DNA of 64,000 nt from Phoronis australis. Its lineage: Eukaryota; Animalia; Phoronida. Position 1 is the first letter of the stretch; every line of letters starts with the position of its first letter. The stretch is taken from positions 126,535 through 190,534 of the forward strand of contig NMRA01000528.1 in assembly GCA_002633005.1 (NCBI GenBank), given 5' to 3'. The position numbers and the translations under genes were made by a program. This document shows positions 13,706-27,366 of this stretch, one piece after another. The notes under the pieces are model-generated. The model did no database searches, was not told the DNA's origin, and saw only the letters and a list, made by a program, of their open reading frames with translations.

Positions 13706-13828
13706 CTGTAGTAGAAGTCGTCGTCTTCGGCGCCCCAGCCCCAGTATAAATTAGAGAAGCCATTAACTTTGACGAAGTCACGAGGTTTCAAGTTGAGAAC
13801 TCCGCCTACCAGTTCGACATAGGGTAAC
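13706..13828 (-). CDS. GT7 glycosyltransferase exon 4 (WGWGxEDDD motif)
   Basis: TTTCTAAG acceptor; (T)LPYVELVGGVLNLKPRDFVKVNGFSNLYWGWGAEDDDFYY(R); donor AG|GTATGC; 123 nt. Confidence 0.97.
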
Positions 13829-16800
13829 CTTAGAAACACAAAACACCAAAAGACAATGACTATTAATAGAATTTGACTCATGCAACTGTTTCGTTTTCGA
13901 GCAATTTCGGGAACAGGGACGGGTGGTGAAGAAATTTTTATATTTCAAAAACTTGTTTTTTTTTGGCTTTGATGTTGATGTACACTGCCTAGAAGTTGCC
14001 GTTCGAACTTTAGTTGGCCTCGGCGCCTCATTCAATCTAGTTGCGCGTTCAAGTTTTGAACCTTGTGCACAAATTCACAGGACACTCACGTGACCTCATG
14101 GCTGAAACAAGGCATTATGGCTAATGCAGTACGTAGACAAACTAAAGTATCTGAGTAAGGCAAAGATAGAGGAGGCAGAAATTGAAATGTTGCTGACATT
14201 GACTGTTAATCGTCCTCCTTGCTCAAATAACTTTAACTCGTTTTTAATTAGTGAAAATTCTTACACATCCAATACAAAACTGGTAGTCAGTTTCGCCAAA
14301 GCTGCAAGAGAACATTTCGTTAGTACTTTCACCTGGCCATTTACATTTTCTAGTTAGCACTCTGTACGGAATGGCACATCCGGAAAAACCTCGAGTTTTT
14401 TCGTAACTTCAAATTAATTCGTGCGGAACACTTTGTGAATTTCCGTAGCCTGAATAGTTAGACTGCGGCCACGGGGCGTTTTCTAGTCCTTATAGTTTAT
14501 AAAGGACGTGTGTCAGGTTTGACGGTTATTTTGTGGAATACGTTGAAAATAATTTCATGGAAACGGATTTGCTTGAGAGTTTGAATGAGAGAAGTCAGTT
14601 TTTTAACCTTGACCTACTTTTGATGCAAATGTGGTGGCTGCAGTTTGCTTTCAATCCTTGTCGCCTGCTGTGTGAGAAACCGGGTGCGATTTCAGGTGGC
14701 TGTCTAACAGATCAAAATTGCCAAAAAGGTAGCTGGTAACGGGCGTACTGTGACCACATTTTTAGAATTTAGAGAGAATGGGCAATATGAATCTGTAGTC
14801 AGATTTTTTAGCACTTTCAGGGAAGTGGTAATTTTGGGGTGAAAAATGTGAAATTGGGGTAGATTGATTTTATTTTCTATGCCCGAATTTCTTTGGTGCG
14901 AATTAACCTATCCAAAATCTGTAGTATAATTAATTTTCAGTTATCATGAGTAGTGCTTGTGAGTTGGAAATGCTACAAAACCCTTTGTTTTTTCATACTC
15001 TCGATAAGGACATGAGGAAATGACTCATCTCCACTTACGTGTGCGTCAGCAGCCAAATCCCTGTAATAACTGTAGTGCGCCCCAAACTTTCCTGCATCAG
15101 AGGTGAACGTTGCCTGCGCAGTGAGCGAACTTCACCCACACGGTCACTCAATTTTAAAATCATTTGACTTGCAGTTTGAGTCCTCACTGTGAGCAGATCA
15201 CGTTCAGCTCCAAACGGTAGTTAGATGGTTCTAAAAGATCCGAGACAATCCGGATCTTCCTGTGCAGGTATGAACATTTTTCACAGGTAAAGAAAATAAA
15301 AAATCATGATTTTAACCTATAGCTGGTTTCAAAAGGCGCACGCAAAGTCATTATCAATCTCGTTTGATTTGATAGTAAACCAACAATTTGGTCGGTTGAC
15401 CGGCGTAGCCAGTGTCTTACAGGACTCCATTGTGGTATTTATGTTTGGAGGGTCAGCTCTGATTTCTTAGAACATTACTCTAATCTCCGACAAGATCGTA
15501 TCTAGCCTGCTGCTAAAACAAACAATACGTTTACTTTATAACCTGATCGAAAATATCAAATTTTGAATTCCTCGTCAAACGCTGATTGTGTTTAGTTCAT
15601 GAATTTCCAAAATCGCCCAGCTATCACTGAAGTTAAGACAATCTATTGACTGCGCTAATAGTAAGCGTCCGTAATAGGGTGCAACCACTATACTTTTCAT
15701 GACGTCCAGTCGTTTACATCCACGATACAGACACTTCACTCTTTTATCTAATGCGTCGTTTGTGAGCAGTATGTGCGACTTTAATGAAGATATTACGCTC
15801 GATGGGTTGGCTTTATTAGTAAAGCGCATTATCACCAAGGTCAAGTGGTTACAAAGCTAAGGTCAAATGGTTCCTATGCGCTATGATTATGCGCGCATCT
15901 GGTCTGATTACCCTTGACTGCGTAGGTGTTTTTTTGCTGATGTAAGTTTGTAAGATTGTAAGAACAGAATCTGTAATTCTGACTACTGGTTCTCGCATCT
16001 AGCCTCAAAGGCCAGCGGTAATAAAACCAGGTCTATTGCTTGAGACTGTGCAAAAAGGACGCGCTACGACAAAGCATGCAGCTTTTAATGAAACGAGCCC
16101 GAGTTCCGTTCCACTCAGTGACTCGAAAAAACAATATCGCGAGCGTCAAAGTTACTTGGAAATGCAAAACAGTCGTTTGAAGGCAGTATCTCGAAGGCGA
16201 CAAACCAACGTCGGACCAAAGACAAAATCACAAAAGCGACCGCGTCTTACCCACCCCGAGCCGACAAATGGCGACGTCGGCCCGACGTAGTGATGCTATT
16301 TGGGTCAGTAATACATACGTTTTTGCCGGTATAAATCCAGAGCTATAGTGGTCCTCAAAGCCACTCGTCCAAGCTCCGTTTAAAACGGGCGGGAGGGGTG
16401 ACTTTTCTTTACAGAAAAAATTAGGTCGAACGTAAGTCGACTTCTCGGAGTTAGCCTATAGACAGTGCTTCGTGCTGAAAGTAACTGAAGCTAAATCTTT
16501 CATGTGATAAAATGCTTATTGGCAATAACTGAGAGAACGTGACCTCGGCTACCATAAACCATCGTTGTCAAAACCTAACTGGCATCTAAAGTACCCCCGT
16601 TGTCATTGTCATACCAGACAAAAGACTGCGCGCAGCAGTTAAACAAAAGAGTCGGTCAAAACCTGTCGAGTTGCTCGCAACTGTAGATAAAGGTCAACTG
16701 TCGTGTTCGCTGCACAGCGGGTTACATCGCTATCATAATCCCTTAATCATTGCCAATGTTCGGCGACATTGGTATCGTGGCCTGTCTTGTCAATAATCGT

Positions 16801-18947
16801 ACACAAAGCTACATGTACTTCTTCAAAGCTGTGGTTTATGGAGATTTACGATCGCCTGAATACCCATAATAGTTAACAAACAGTCACGTCATAGCTGTTT
16901 TTTCACGACGGATATGTAAGACCTTACTAGTGAATTTTTTTAAAACTTAAAAGTTAATAACTGTGCGGATGAGTCTTATCTTCATTACTAGTTAATTTTA
17001 AAACCCATGTCTTCCCTGTTTATGGTTCATGTAGAAAAAAAAAACAATTTCCCAGTCCCACCTCAATCGCGTGGAAATTTGTTTACTGCATATCAAAGTT
17101 CAAAGGTTACAGATCTGTCACTCAAATCGAATTTCCCGCCTGGCATAGAGCCCTTCTGTACCCACGGTCCTGTCATTCAGAGAGTCGCCATATTAATGAG
17201 AAAATGAGGTATACATGTAACTTGTGAAAGATGCCACTTAAAGACCTAGTTTTATTGTACTGTGCCAAATTGTCGATCAGCTCGAGCACATCAACATTAA
17301 TTGAGTTCTTAGAAAGAAGAATTTTCATAATCAGAAAAAACGTTAGAGGCATCTGGTTGGATGGTCAACAAATGGCCTATTTTTAGCTTTGTATCAGTTC
17401 TTTTATAATAGAGAAAGCGTTTCTAACCTGAGCATGGAAAAAGAAGAGGCCGAATTTTATAACAATATTTTGATATTCAAAAGTGGTTTATGCCAGTAGT
17501 TGATTTTTGACAGAAGATTTGACTTTATTGTCCGTTTAGCCGTTCAGGTGATTGATTGTTAAAGTGCTAAAATCATCAATTTCATATCAAAAACACCAAA
17601 AAAATACAATCCCATTAGTCGAGATCAGCTGTCAACTTAGAACACCCGCAAACATTAACAGGCGACATGTTAATTAGCTGATCTCGTATGGTGATCACGT
17701 ATAGGTGGATACACTACCCAAAACCAGGGCACCCAATCACAGCACTCAGAGTAATCCTCCATTAGGTTTATTGTAAAAAGTCGTCAAATATTGCCGCTCG
17801 TTATCCCGTGGTCTATGGTATAATAAGGAAAGGCGACATGTGGAGAATTTCTCGCTTACACTGGTTACCGCTCAGATTCCCTTAGCCCCAGACAACTTTT
17901 ACGATGTCTATTCAGCACGCCCTTTGTATTGATGTAGATTTGAACTAATGGAGTGGAAAGATAATTGCTAGCATTACTGTCTCAACAATGGTTGTTGTTA
18001 GTACCCTCAATTTGGTTTTCTCTGACATTTGCAGAGTTACAGCCTGCAACTCTGGAGAGTATTTTTAACTCGGTACATTATAAATATTACAAAATGACTA
18101 AAAAGGTTAACTTGTGTTTATCTTCACAAAGGGCCACTTCCCAAAGGAACGATATGTTTCATATTGGGTTTCGTTATTTGATTTTTAATGCTTCTGCCCA
18201 CTTCTTTTTGTTTCTTACCGGGAACGGATTGATAACTTTTTATCGAAGTTTTAAACTTGAAGTACCAAAACAGTGTTAGATTTTGATCGCCAGCGAAACT
18301 TAATTATTTAAGTTCATTGTGAGCCCATTCCTAAACTTTGCACATTACAGGTACACTAAACATTTCACGTGTCATTAAAGTTTAATCTTTATTAGAACTC
18401 AAATCATAAAATATATTTAAAAGTGCAAATATGATGGGTCTTCCTCGCATCGGGCAATTCGGTCATCACAATTGTACCTGATTCCGGCGCCGGCTCTCCT
18501 TCATCCTAGTAAAAGCCGCTCAGAAGGACGAGCGGTGAAAATTCCCGCATATCCTTGGAAATGCGTGACTTCCTTGTAAGCGTGTTATTCACGGTATGGT
18601 GGCGTTGCGATTGTGATGGTTGTGTCAACTAATATCTGAACACGCTATGGCTAATTTCACTTTTTCTTGGGACATCGGAAAAGTGCGGATATGGTACAAG
18701 TTATTACATGAAACTCGAGTTTTGGTGGAATTGACGCAATGACGATGGGTACGTTCGTTCGTCACACTCATGTCCGTGGACGTAAGAAACTTCCATTGAA
18801 TTAGCTTGTTTTCTCGTTTTCGGGATATTGAATTCACGATTTTGATATGCATATTAAGTTTTATATAGGAAGGTTTAATGATGCTGAAAATGTAGACACT
18901 TGTCAAAACGAGATAAGTGGTGGTTTTAAGCACTTTTATGTACTTAC

Positions 18948-19138
18948 GTAAAATTAAGGATGTCAACAGCCACTGATAAGTGGCGTGGATTTTCACGACA
19001 TGAGTAGAGGTTCCTGTCGTCGAGTGGTATCATATCGACATCATGTAGCACTAAACAGTCGACGTCAGCAAACGTGCGGTTGACGAAAGCGAAACCAGTG
19101 TTGAACAGCAAGCCTTTATTAAATAACCTTCGTCCCAT
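18948..19138 (-). CDS. GT7 glycosyltransferase exon 3 (DxD motif)
   Basis: TTGCAG acceptor; MGRRLFNKGLLFNTGF...DCLVLHDVDMIPLDDRNLYSCRENPRHLSVAVDILNF; donor AC|GTAAGT; 191 nt. Confidence 0.97.
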
Positions 19139-20160
19139 CTGCAATATGGACTTAGAATCTACTAACGGTAGTGGCAAATTTAGAGGGGCTATATCAGCCA
19201 TGACCACCTCTTTCTCCCAATTTTGAACATACGTTGTAACTAACAACCTTGAGGCAATGAGTGACGTAGCAACCAGGTTCATTATTGGTACCAAATTCCG
19301 TAACCGTAGAGATCAACACGTAATTCCATGTCTGTCTTGCGGGCATGACGAAACTTTACCGCAACAGTCCAGTGAGATGGGGTAAAATTGGGAAAGAAAA
19401 TCGAATACACTTCTTCACTTAACCATCAAAACTTTCAAGCATTGGGGCCGGCGCCAGACTGAGGTTTGTCGGAGCAACAATCTACATGTATAAGAGCTTT
19501 TGGGGCCCCGGAGCTGTCTACCCCTACACCCCCATCGCGTCAAAACTAATTTTTTAGCACAGGCTTAAAGGAGATGTCATTTGTACATCAATTCAGCTCG
19601 ACTGGCTTCATTCAATCACAGCTCTTTCAATTCTTTTACCTGACATTAGAAAGCAGGGCGAAGATGCTTAAATTAGCATATTCGCTACTTGGTGGCCATT
19701 TGATCTATGTGGTGGCTCTGCAAAAATGATTGTTGTGCATTGTTGTTTAGGACATAATGCCTCGCGTGTGCGCGTGTCTCAAACGTGCATAACCACTGTG
19801 TTTGGACACAACACCTCGTTTTCAGTCATAATGGTGAATACGTGCAAGCAGTCTGTGAATGACGTCAACGACTCATGACTGTAACTCGCGTCGCTCACTC
19901 GGGAAGAAATCAAGAACATTCACCGCCTGGCCTTATCGTTTTGCACCATAGAAACTTCAAACAACGATGCACAGATACAGTCGAATTTCAAACTTAAGAG
20001 CTGTTTTGTTTCATTTTGAACCCTACGCGTTGAATAAGTTGAGTGCAATACGGCCATGTAGTATTGTTTTCCGTATTGCACTCCAGGGACTACTTTAAAA
20101 CCAATCCTGCGCGCGCTCAAAGTTCAAAGTTTCCTCTGCATTTCTCTGATTCAAGCAACA

Positions 20161-20812
20161 TAGACTGGGATTCCAGAGCTTTTTTGGGCATGAAAAGGTA
20201 ACCAATTTTCTTTGGTACCACAAAGGTCTATAGGTATCCTCATGCTTGGAAATACAATGTAACTATCTGGCAGACTCGCTCTGGTGGGTGTGGTCGGGGG
20301 AGCCAGAAGAATGGCATTAAAAATTGAGCTAAATCAACTTTTTTGGTAACCACTTCAAACTGCCTTCGATACCAAATTTTAGCCCTTACTTTAGTCGTCT
20401 GGCAGGGGCACGGCACCGCTGAAATTGTCTAGTATCTTATTGTTATGCCATGTGCAGTGATGCTGAGCGTCGTGCAATAGGTTTCAAACGGTTACCTAGC
20501 GGGTTGATCTAGCTCAACTCAGGTATTTGGGCGTGTCTGGCGGGGCTAACCCACCACTAGATTTGTCTGGCAATGTTTATTCGTGATACCCGGGCTTACG
20601 GTGAATATTTTGCAACTGGTTTTAAGTGGTTACCTCTTGGGTTGATCTAGCTCAATTTTTGAGTGCCATTCTCTTGGCTCCCCTGACCACACCCACCTGA
20701 GCGAACCTGTCAGATGGCCATATCCAAGCATGAGGATACCCATAGACCACTGTGGTACCAAAGGAAATTGGTAACCTTTTCATGCCGAAAAAAGCTCTGG
20801 GATCCCAGTCTA
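20161..20812. mobile_element. Academ-like non-autonomous element with long TIRs
   Basis: TAGACTGGGA...TCCCAGTCTA ends; ~180-bp imperfect inverted arms (20161-20340 vs 20641-20812); 3-bp TSD ACA (20158-20160, 20813-20815). TAG..CTA termini with a short TSD fit Academ. Confidence 0.8.
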
Positions 20813-21766
20813 ACATGGCTGTGATTACTAGTTTGGGAGATATTGGCAGGTTTATGTACATGTAAGTGTAGACATATAGTTTCATAATATGGCTGGAGCC
20901 AGACGTACATGAGAGGATGACTCGGATCGGTTTATTTCACGAAGGCTATGATTTAGCTGTACACATTTTAAAAATCTCCATCAAATTTCCATTAAATTCT
21001 GAACGACTTTGATGTGACTACTTTTCTGTGAAATTAACATTTCTCCTTCAAATTTGCAATTTAAAATTGTTAGGCATTAGTCTGAGTGACCTTCAAGTTC
21101 ATAACAGCAGTATGTACAGGGTGGTGACCTAGTTTGTTCATCACACAGCTAGTCTGAATGCACCGTGACGGGAAGTTCAAAAGGTAGGTAATTGTCGACT
21201 CGACGTCGTTAGGCGGTTCGATCATCAAACTTTCCGAAATAGTTTAAAGTAATAAAGTTGTAGCAGTATAAATAACACTTGACATGCAATCGCGTCTCAA
21301 ACGTAACACCTGTTAATGGGCGGCGCATCACTGAAAAAAGTAGGACTAAAGCCATGTCAGCCCCCTGTGGTGCACCGCCTATAGACCACGTGCAGCACTA
21401 TAGCCCCACCCCCAGCCCCCTATGGTGCGCCGCCCATGTAATTACATGACACTTCTGTCTCAATTTTATTTGCTCAATATTATATCGTCTGCAACTCAGG
21501 CGCCAATTTCTCGGTAACTACAATGTTAGTGTTGTTATTTAACTGTTTTTAGGAAATGTTACAAGTTCAATGCACAATTACCATTGTTTTCACCTTTGTT
21601 ATATTTTTCAAGTAATAAATCGTTACATTTAAAACTGTTTCTTTCACTAGAGAAAACTTGGTAATATAACGCGCAATACATCCGCTACGTGAACAGTCTG
21701 AGTGAACTAATTAAAAAATGCCGAAGTAAGGAAAGAAACTTACGAATTGGAAGCGTGCGTACTGGG

Positions 21767-21883
21767 ATAAACACAAAGCGTACCTCGATTGGTGTAGATG
21801 AAGTAATATTCCACTTGGTCTACAGTCTATGACGAGTGGGACATTACTTCATCTACTCCACTCTCGGTACGTTTTGTGTATAT
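21767..21883. repeat. Imperfect palindrome / fold-back hairpin (~117 bp)
   Basis: ATAAACACAAAGCGTACC pairs with GGTACGTTTTGTGTATAT; GTAGATGAAGTAAT pairs with ATTACTTCATCTAC. Confidence 0.85.
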
Positions 21884-23202
21884 AGTTGATTTTCTAGAAA
21901 TCCGAAGGTACAGGAGTATTCACGTTCATTCTCAGTTAGATACAAAGATTTAGAGAAGAAAATAACGCCATCATCGGTCCGTTTCATGAAATGCCACGGA
22001 AGACTTAAGTAAGTCTGAAATTTAGTCTCACGCTCCCTCCCACGTGACAGTTACTGAATCGAACTTGAGCCGAGTAATTATTACACTTCACAACTTAGAA
22101 ATAATGGATACAAACTATCTCAGTGTTTATTTCGGATACTTTGTGCTTTTGCCGGAGTGAGTCTTATTTATTGTTCAAAAATGGCTACTTGGAACGTAGG
22201 ACCAAATATCTGACTTAAGTCTCGAGTCAATTTACAGGAAATAGACCCCTGACGTATTTGTGTACATACAAATATATCAAATATTTTTGTTGGCCTTTTC
22301 TTGTGTTGCCCAAGATAATTCAAATAACTTAAAAGCTGCATTTCACCCTGTTTAGCTGGCTCAAGAAAGAAAAGCAAACTAGGCCTTGTACTGTTATGTA
22401 TTCGGTCTCAAATATCCCCCTTACTATTATTGAACTTGTGATGGGAGGGAAAATCGTAATGTACATAAACAGGTAATTTTCCTTTTAGCACACTGTTTGC
22501 ATTTTTTTCTCGTACAAAGGACGGCAAAGAAGGAAGCTAAATAAATATCAAAAGATTTGTTCCATTCAGGATGTGTTCCTTGTCACCAGCCTGGAAAAAT
22601 CGAGATCTGAAAATGTTTTTGTTATATAATTTGTGTAGAGTTGCATGTTAGACAGATAATTCAAAGCATGAATTCAGAAGTCAATGTAGCTTAAAACTCT
22701 CAAAAGAGAAGTGCATTACTTTAATGCAGTTAAGTAAGATAATGTAAATTTATGAGAAAACAATGAAGTTGCATTTGAACGGATGTGAAGAAATATATCT
22801 TCATGTGTCTATGTTTCATTACACCACATCGTACTGCAATTCATAAGTAGTGAACACATATCCTCAACAAGCACCAGCGCTCGACACAGGCGAAAATCTC
22901 CGCTCGAAAATAGGAGTGACGGCATATTTGCACTCGCATTTGCGTACCCGGAATTGGTCTCGTATAAGATGACGACCAAAAAACTCTCAGAACTCCGCGT
23001 TTGAATTTGGCGCTCGTATTTTTACGTTTTCCAATCATTTTTCCGAGCGCTTTTACTCGCAAATTTGGAGTCGCCTGGATTTTGGCTACTGCCGTTTGCC
23101 AATGGTTGTTAGCGTATGAGGCAGTGGATTATAGCTGGACGCTTTGTTGAAATTGACACTTACCAGGTCCTAAGTGAATCACAGTCTTTCATACAGTATA
23201 TG

Positions 23203-23493
23203 CAGGGACGGATCCAGGATTTTGAGTTGGGGAGGCAGGGCACAGGAATAACCAGAATTTTGCCACATGCGCGCGTCAAGTCTAAAATGTAGGGATGCAG
23301 GGGTCCCGCATCATTTGCGTTTGCGTACCTTATTACTAAAAAAAGGTAAACGGGGTTTGTTCAAGGGCTATACCTTGAGCATTCGCCTCCCGCGCATATG
23401 CTACTCAGCAATTCGCACCCCGAACTCCCAAATGGTATCTGGGAGAATTTTAGGGGGCATGGCCCCCCTTGCCCCCCACCCTAAATCCGCCAC
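23203..23493. mobile_element. GC-rich MITE remnant (CAGGGACGGATCCAGG ... CTAAATCCGCCACT)
   Basis: Imperfect terminal inverted motifs of the same type as the element ends at 1-122 and 769-785. Confidence 0.5.
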
Positions 23494-25760
23494 TAACTAT
23501 GCTACAACGAATGTATTCTTAAAAAGAACCATTATTTTCTCGATTTTTTAAGAGCCAAATCCCCACCATGTTCACATCCGAAGTGGCAGGTGCTGTGCAC
23601 GTGACTTGGTGACCTACTTTTTCCATATACGGCAAGCAGTGCCGCACACAGAGCAAACTCGAATCGCCCAATAATCATGGAATTCTGCAAAAAGTTGAAG
23701 TATTTCGCGGCTTTTACTTTCATGCTAAGGTAGTCATTGAATATGTAACCAATTGGATGAAACATATTACATTATTTTCTCGTAAAGTTTGCACTGCATT
23801 CTCGTGCATCGATACACATCGTTGGGCCTTGGCGAATTATTTCATAATTGTTTTCATTGATTTGTTCGAATTGCAACGGAACAGTGCGAACAAATTCAGG
23901 AAGTTTGCTCTAAAATTTTTTTGGTTTGCATGTTCAGTGACATTGATGGGATTTCTACGGTAGGTCAGTCGGCGGGTATCATTTTTTATCGTCTACACTG
24001 TATGTTCTATTTCAAATTGGCTGCTCTATCGAATACATTTTCAGAGCGACACTTCAACTGCCGCGTCGGCAAATAGCATTGTGGGTACGGCAAATCCTTC
24101 GAACTTTGGGAATTTGTACTTAAATTTCAAAGATTATGTGTCCATGAACGGGTATACTTTGCGCTGGATGCAATATTTCTCCACACTCGCTATGCGAGAA
24201 ATTTCGTATGAGGTCACCCTAACGTCACAGAACAGGAACGTATTTCCCCCAAAAACATGGCTGCCGAGCGTTATTTTGACATTTATAGTAAAAATAGACG
24301 GCAATAATCTGTAATGTCGAGCTTTTACTGAAGTTTTATCGGACTAAAAATGGATTGTAGGTTTTAATAAAATTTATTAATCATAAACGCTAAAATTCTT
24401 CGTTTAGCTGTCGGTTTTGCCTAGGTTGTCTTGAAACAGGCCGTCTTTTTTTCGTTTGGGCCGTGCCGTTCAAGTCGTCATTTTCTAAAATGGCCTTCCC
24501 AATGACGGCCAGGACGACCGCTAGACAAGTCCCTGATTGGAATGAAACACTAGACAACTGAATAGCCCATGCGGGCTACAAAATTCCACTACGTTTTTCA
24601 AAATATCAGCCACCTAAAGGTCAAACCCCCGAAAATTTTCCAAATTTGCGTAGCTTCTAGACATCGTGTCTCGGAAATGGCTTATGAAACTTTCAGATAC
24701 TATGCTTTTGGCAGTGTTCTGCCAAAGGTTTTAGGAAATGTTTTCAAAATGTTCCACTTTGGATGAGAAGCTACCAAATGTTAAAATTTTTCGTGTTTTT
24801 ATGAAAAAATTAGGGCGAACTTAGAAAACTGTAACAGAATTTTTGAGACTTTATCTCGAGGATTTAAATCAAATAAAATTTGGTCATTGTAACGACACCG
24901 TTGTATAGCTGTGAATTTACTTTTTTAAATTTTAATAAAAATTCATGGTCACGGGCTCCAATTAACGGGAAAGTGACATAAAGTATGATATTAAACTCTA
25001 CGGATTTTCTGCTGATAGAATATAAGTACTTTCACGAAGCTACATTTTATACTCTTGCATCCGGCTAAATATGCTGGCTGGTCGATAACGTTTGACATAA
25101 CCTTAACTTGCCAGTGCCAGCGCAAACAGTCCTCTCTAATTCATCATCACTGGCATGTAGTTCATGAAGTCTCTCGCACTCACAACCTGTGACTGGTGAA
25201 GTTGCCACGGTTTTCGTAAGCTAGAATATAATTTCGCTGTAAAGATCGGTAAAAGCCACCCTTGAAACTTGTGCCAAACACAAAGTTGTCAACAGGTACT
25301 ACGGTCTTCATCGCTAAGCGATTTTATTTTTGTTATAACCTCATCAATTTTGTCGTCTACTCAACTAAATCATCAAATGCAAGTACAGTTATGAGGAACT
25401 GCTGGCTGTAACTGTTTCAGACGAGCGAGGGTTGGTTTGTTTTAGCTGATGAATTCCCTCCCGATTCTGAATCGTCCGTTTTCTGCTTGACATTTGTGAT
25501 AGCGCCACTAGTAGCCGTACATATATGCTCATGACTGCTCAACATCACCCGATTTGGAAAGTTTGTGCTGGGGTTCCGCCATTTTCAATATGTGTAGGGT
25601 CATTGATGAGGGAACCCACTGGATAAGCGATCTTCAAAGAATAGTAGAGCACGCAAAAACTTGGGCTCCTAAAAGCGCAGACTCACTAGGGTGCCAGGCA
25701 TTCCTTGATTTTTTACCATTCTTGAATTTACAGTTTGGGTTTTGTTAAAATACAGAGTGG

Positions 25761-25916
25761 CAGTGATATAGTGGTAATATTAGAGGTAAGAAGGCGCCCA
25801 AAGCCCACCGTATCACCTTGAGCACTGAACCTAACTTACGGTGCGCAGACGCTACGTTCAAATTCCAAAAGAGGGTTGGCTGCTCCTACGTGCGCCTTCG
25901 CTCCACTACAGCACTG
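25761..25916 (-). mobile_element. hAT-type MITE, second copy (inverted)
   Basis: Reverse complement of 8638-8795; 8-bp TSD CAGAGTGG / CAGAGGGG with one mismatch. Confidence 0.88.
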
Positions 25917-26398
25917 CAGAGGGGTAAAATCAACAAATAGTAAATTTGCGCAAAATGTGTACAAACGTCGCACTTTTGATATTATAAGTGACACAAGCGC
26001 GGGGCCCCTGATTGACGGTGTGTGAATTATCCTGAAATTGCTTGATTCGATCAACAGCAAGCATTACCCAGTGAACACACTTTTTCATCATGAAGAAGTC
26101 ATCTCAAGTGCTTTCCTTATTAAGTAAAAATGACACATACTTTGCTTTTACTTTGAGATAATCTGCGCTTCGACTTATGCTACGGGACTCGCAATTGCTT
26201 AATCCGGCACCGACGTCTCCTCGAACCAGTCATCAAGTTAGGATGTAGCCTAATTAAGCTTGTTCACATTTTTACCAAACTTTTGTCATATAAAGCCGGT
26301 TACAGACGATGAGCTATGTGCGTAGCCAATTCCAATATTCTACTTTACTGAGCACATACATTCATCGTCTGCGCGCAGCTTAATTAAGTCGGAAATAC

Positions 26399-26631
26399 CT
26401 GTTCCACTACAACGATTCTGTAGTGATGTTGCTGACGTTGCAAGAAAGAATGAAGGTTGTCAAGTAGTTTAATGAGATGAGCATGCCTGTCACGGAATGG
26501 AATGATTATGGCGATTTTCTGAAGAGCTCGACAGGAGGTAGGGTCCCACTCGCCGCCTAGTTTCACAGTAGCGTGCTTTCTTCTAACCTCAGCCACGTCC
26601 GTGGTATTGCGCGGTGTCACGATGAGGCCGA
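26399..26631 (-). CDS. GT7 glycosyltransferase exon 2
   Basis: TTTTCAG acceptor; (V)GLIVTP...GGEWDPTSCRALQKIAIIIPFRDRHAHL...HSFLQRQQHHYRIVVVEQ; donor CAG|GTATTT; 233 nt, phase 1 in and phase 0 out. Confidence 0.96.
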
Positions 26632-27190
26632 CTGAAAACAACATCTCAACTTAGTAAAAAAGGCAATGGCTTTTCGAATATATCAACAACGACCAGTGGA
26701 GACCAAAGCACAACGTGTAACCGCTGATGCCCCCATAAAACACGCGCTAGTTACGATGACAAATTAGCAGCAGAAAACTTAGAACGACTGTTGATAACAT
26801 ATTGTATTTAGACATATACAATATCCAATTACTTTTCTATAGTAAATCAGTACATCGTCAACACGACAATAGAAATCCCACAAAAGGGACACAACTAATC
26901 AAGAGCAACTGAAAACAATCCAACATCAGCGGTCTATTTCATAAAAAGTACTTAAGACAGAAATTTGGTCTTGCTCTATTTCAAAATAATTAAATCTATC
27001 TAGAGCAATAGTGCAAGGAGTCTGAGATTATGCAAAAAACGACAGCCGTCGAGATAACATTAATAAATTATTTCTACACTGCGATGCGCTCATATAATTA
27101 CTTGGCTAAACGTTGGTGAAGTGCGACTCGTAACACCAATAAAACAGACCACGGTAGCAGCAGTAAATACAAACGATCAAAACTATCCCC

Positions 27191-27366
27191 AATTGACTTA
27201 TCGCCAGGACTTTGAGTGGCGGCATAACTGACCAATCAGAACGCATCATTCTTGACACATCTTTGTTTCCAAGCCGCCATTTTACCCGACAAGCAACATG
27301 TTGCCGGGTGAAAACTTATTGTTTGTCGACATTACGCAAGAGGGAGGAGCTTGCGATAGGTCAATT
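27191..27366 (+). mobile_element. MITE, copy 1 (TIR AATTGACYTATCGC / GCGATAGGTCAATT)
   Basis: 14-bp TIR; direct similarity to 28505-28670. Confidence 0.8.
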
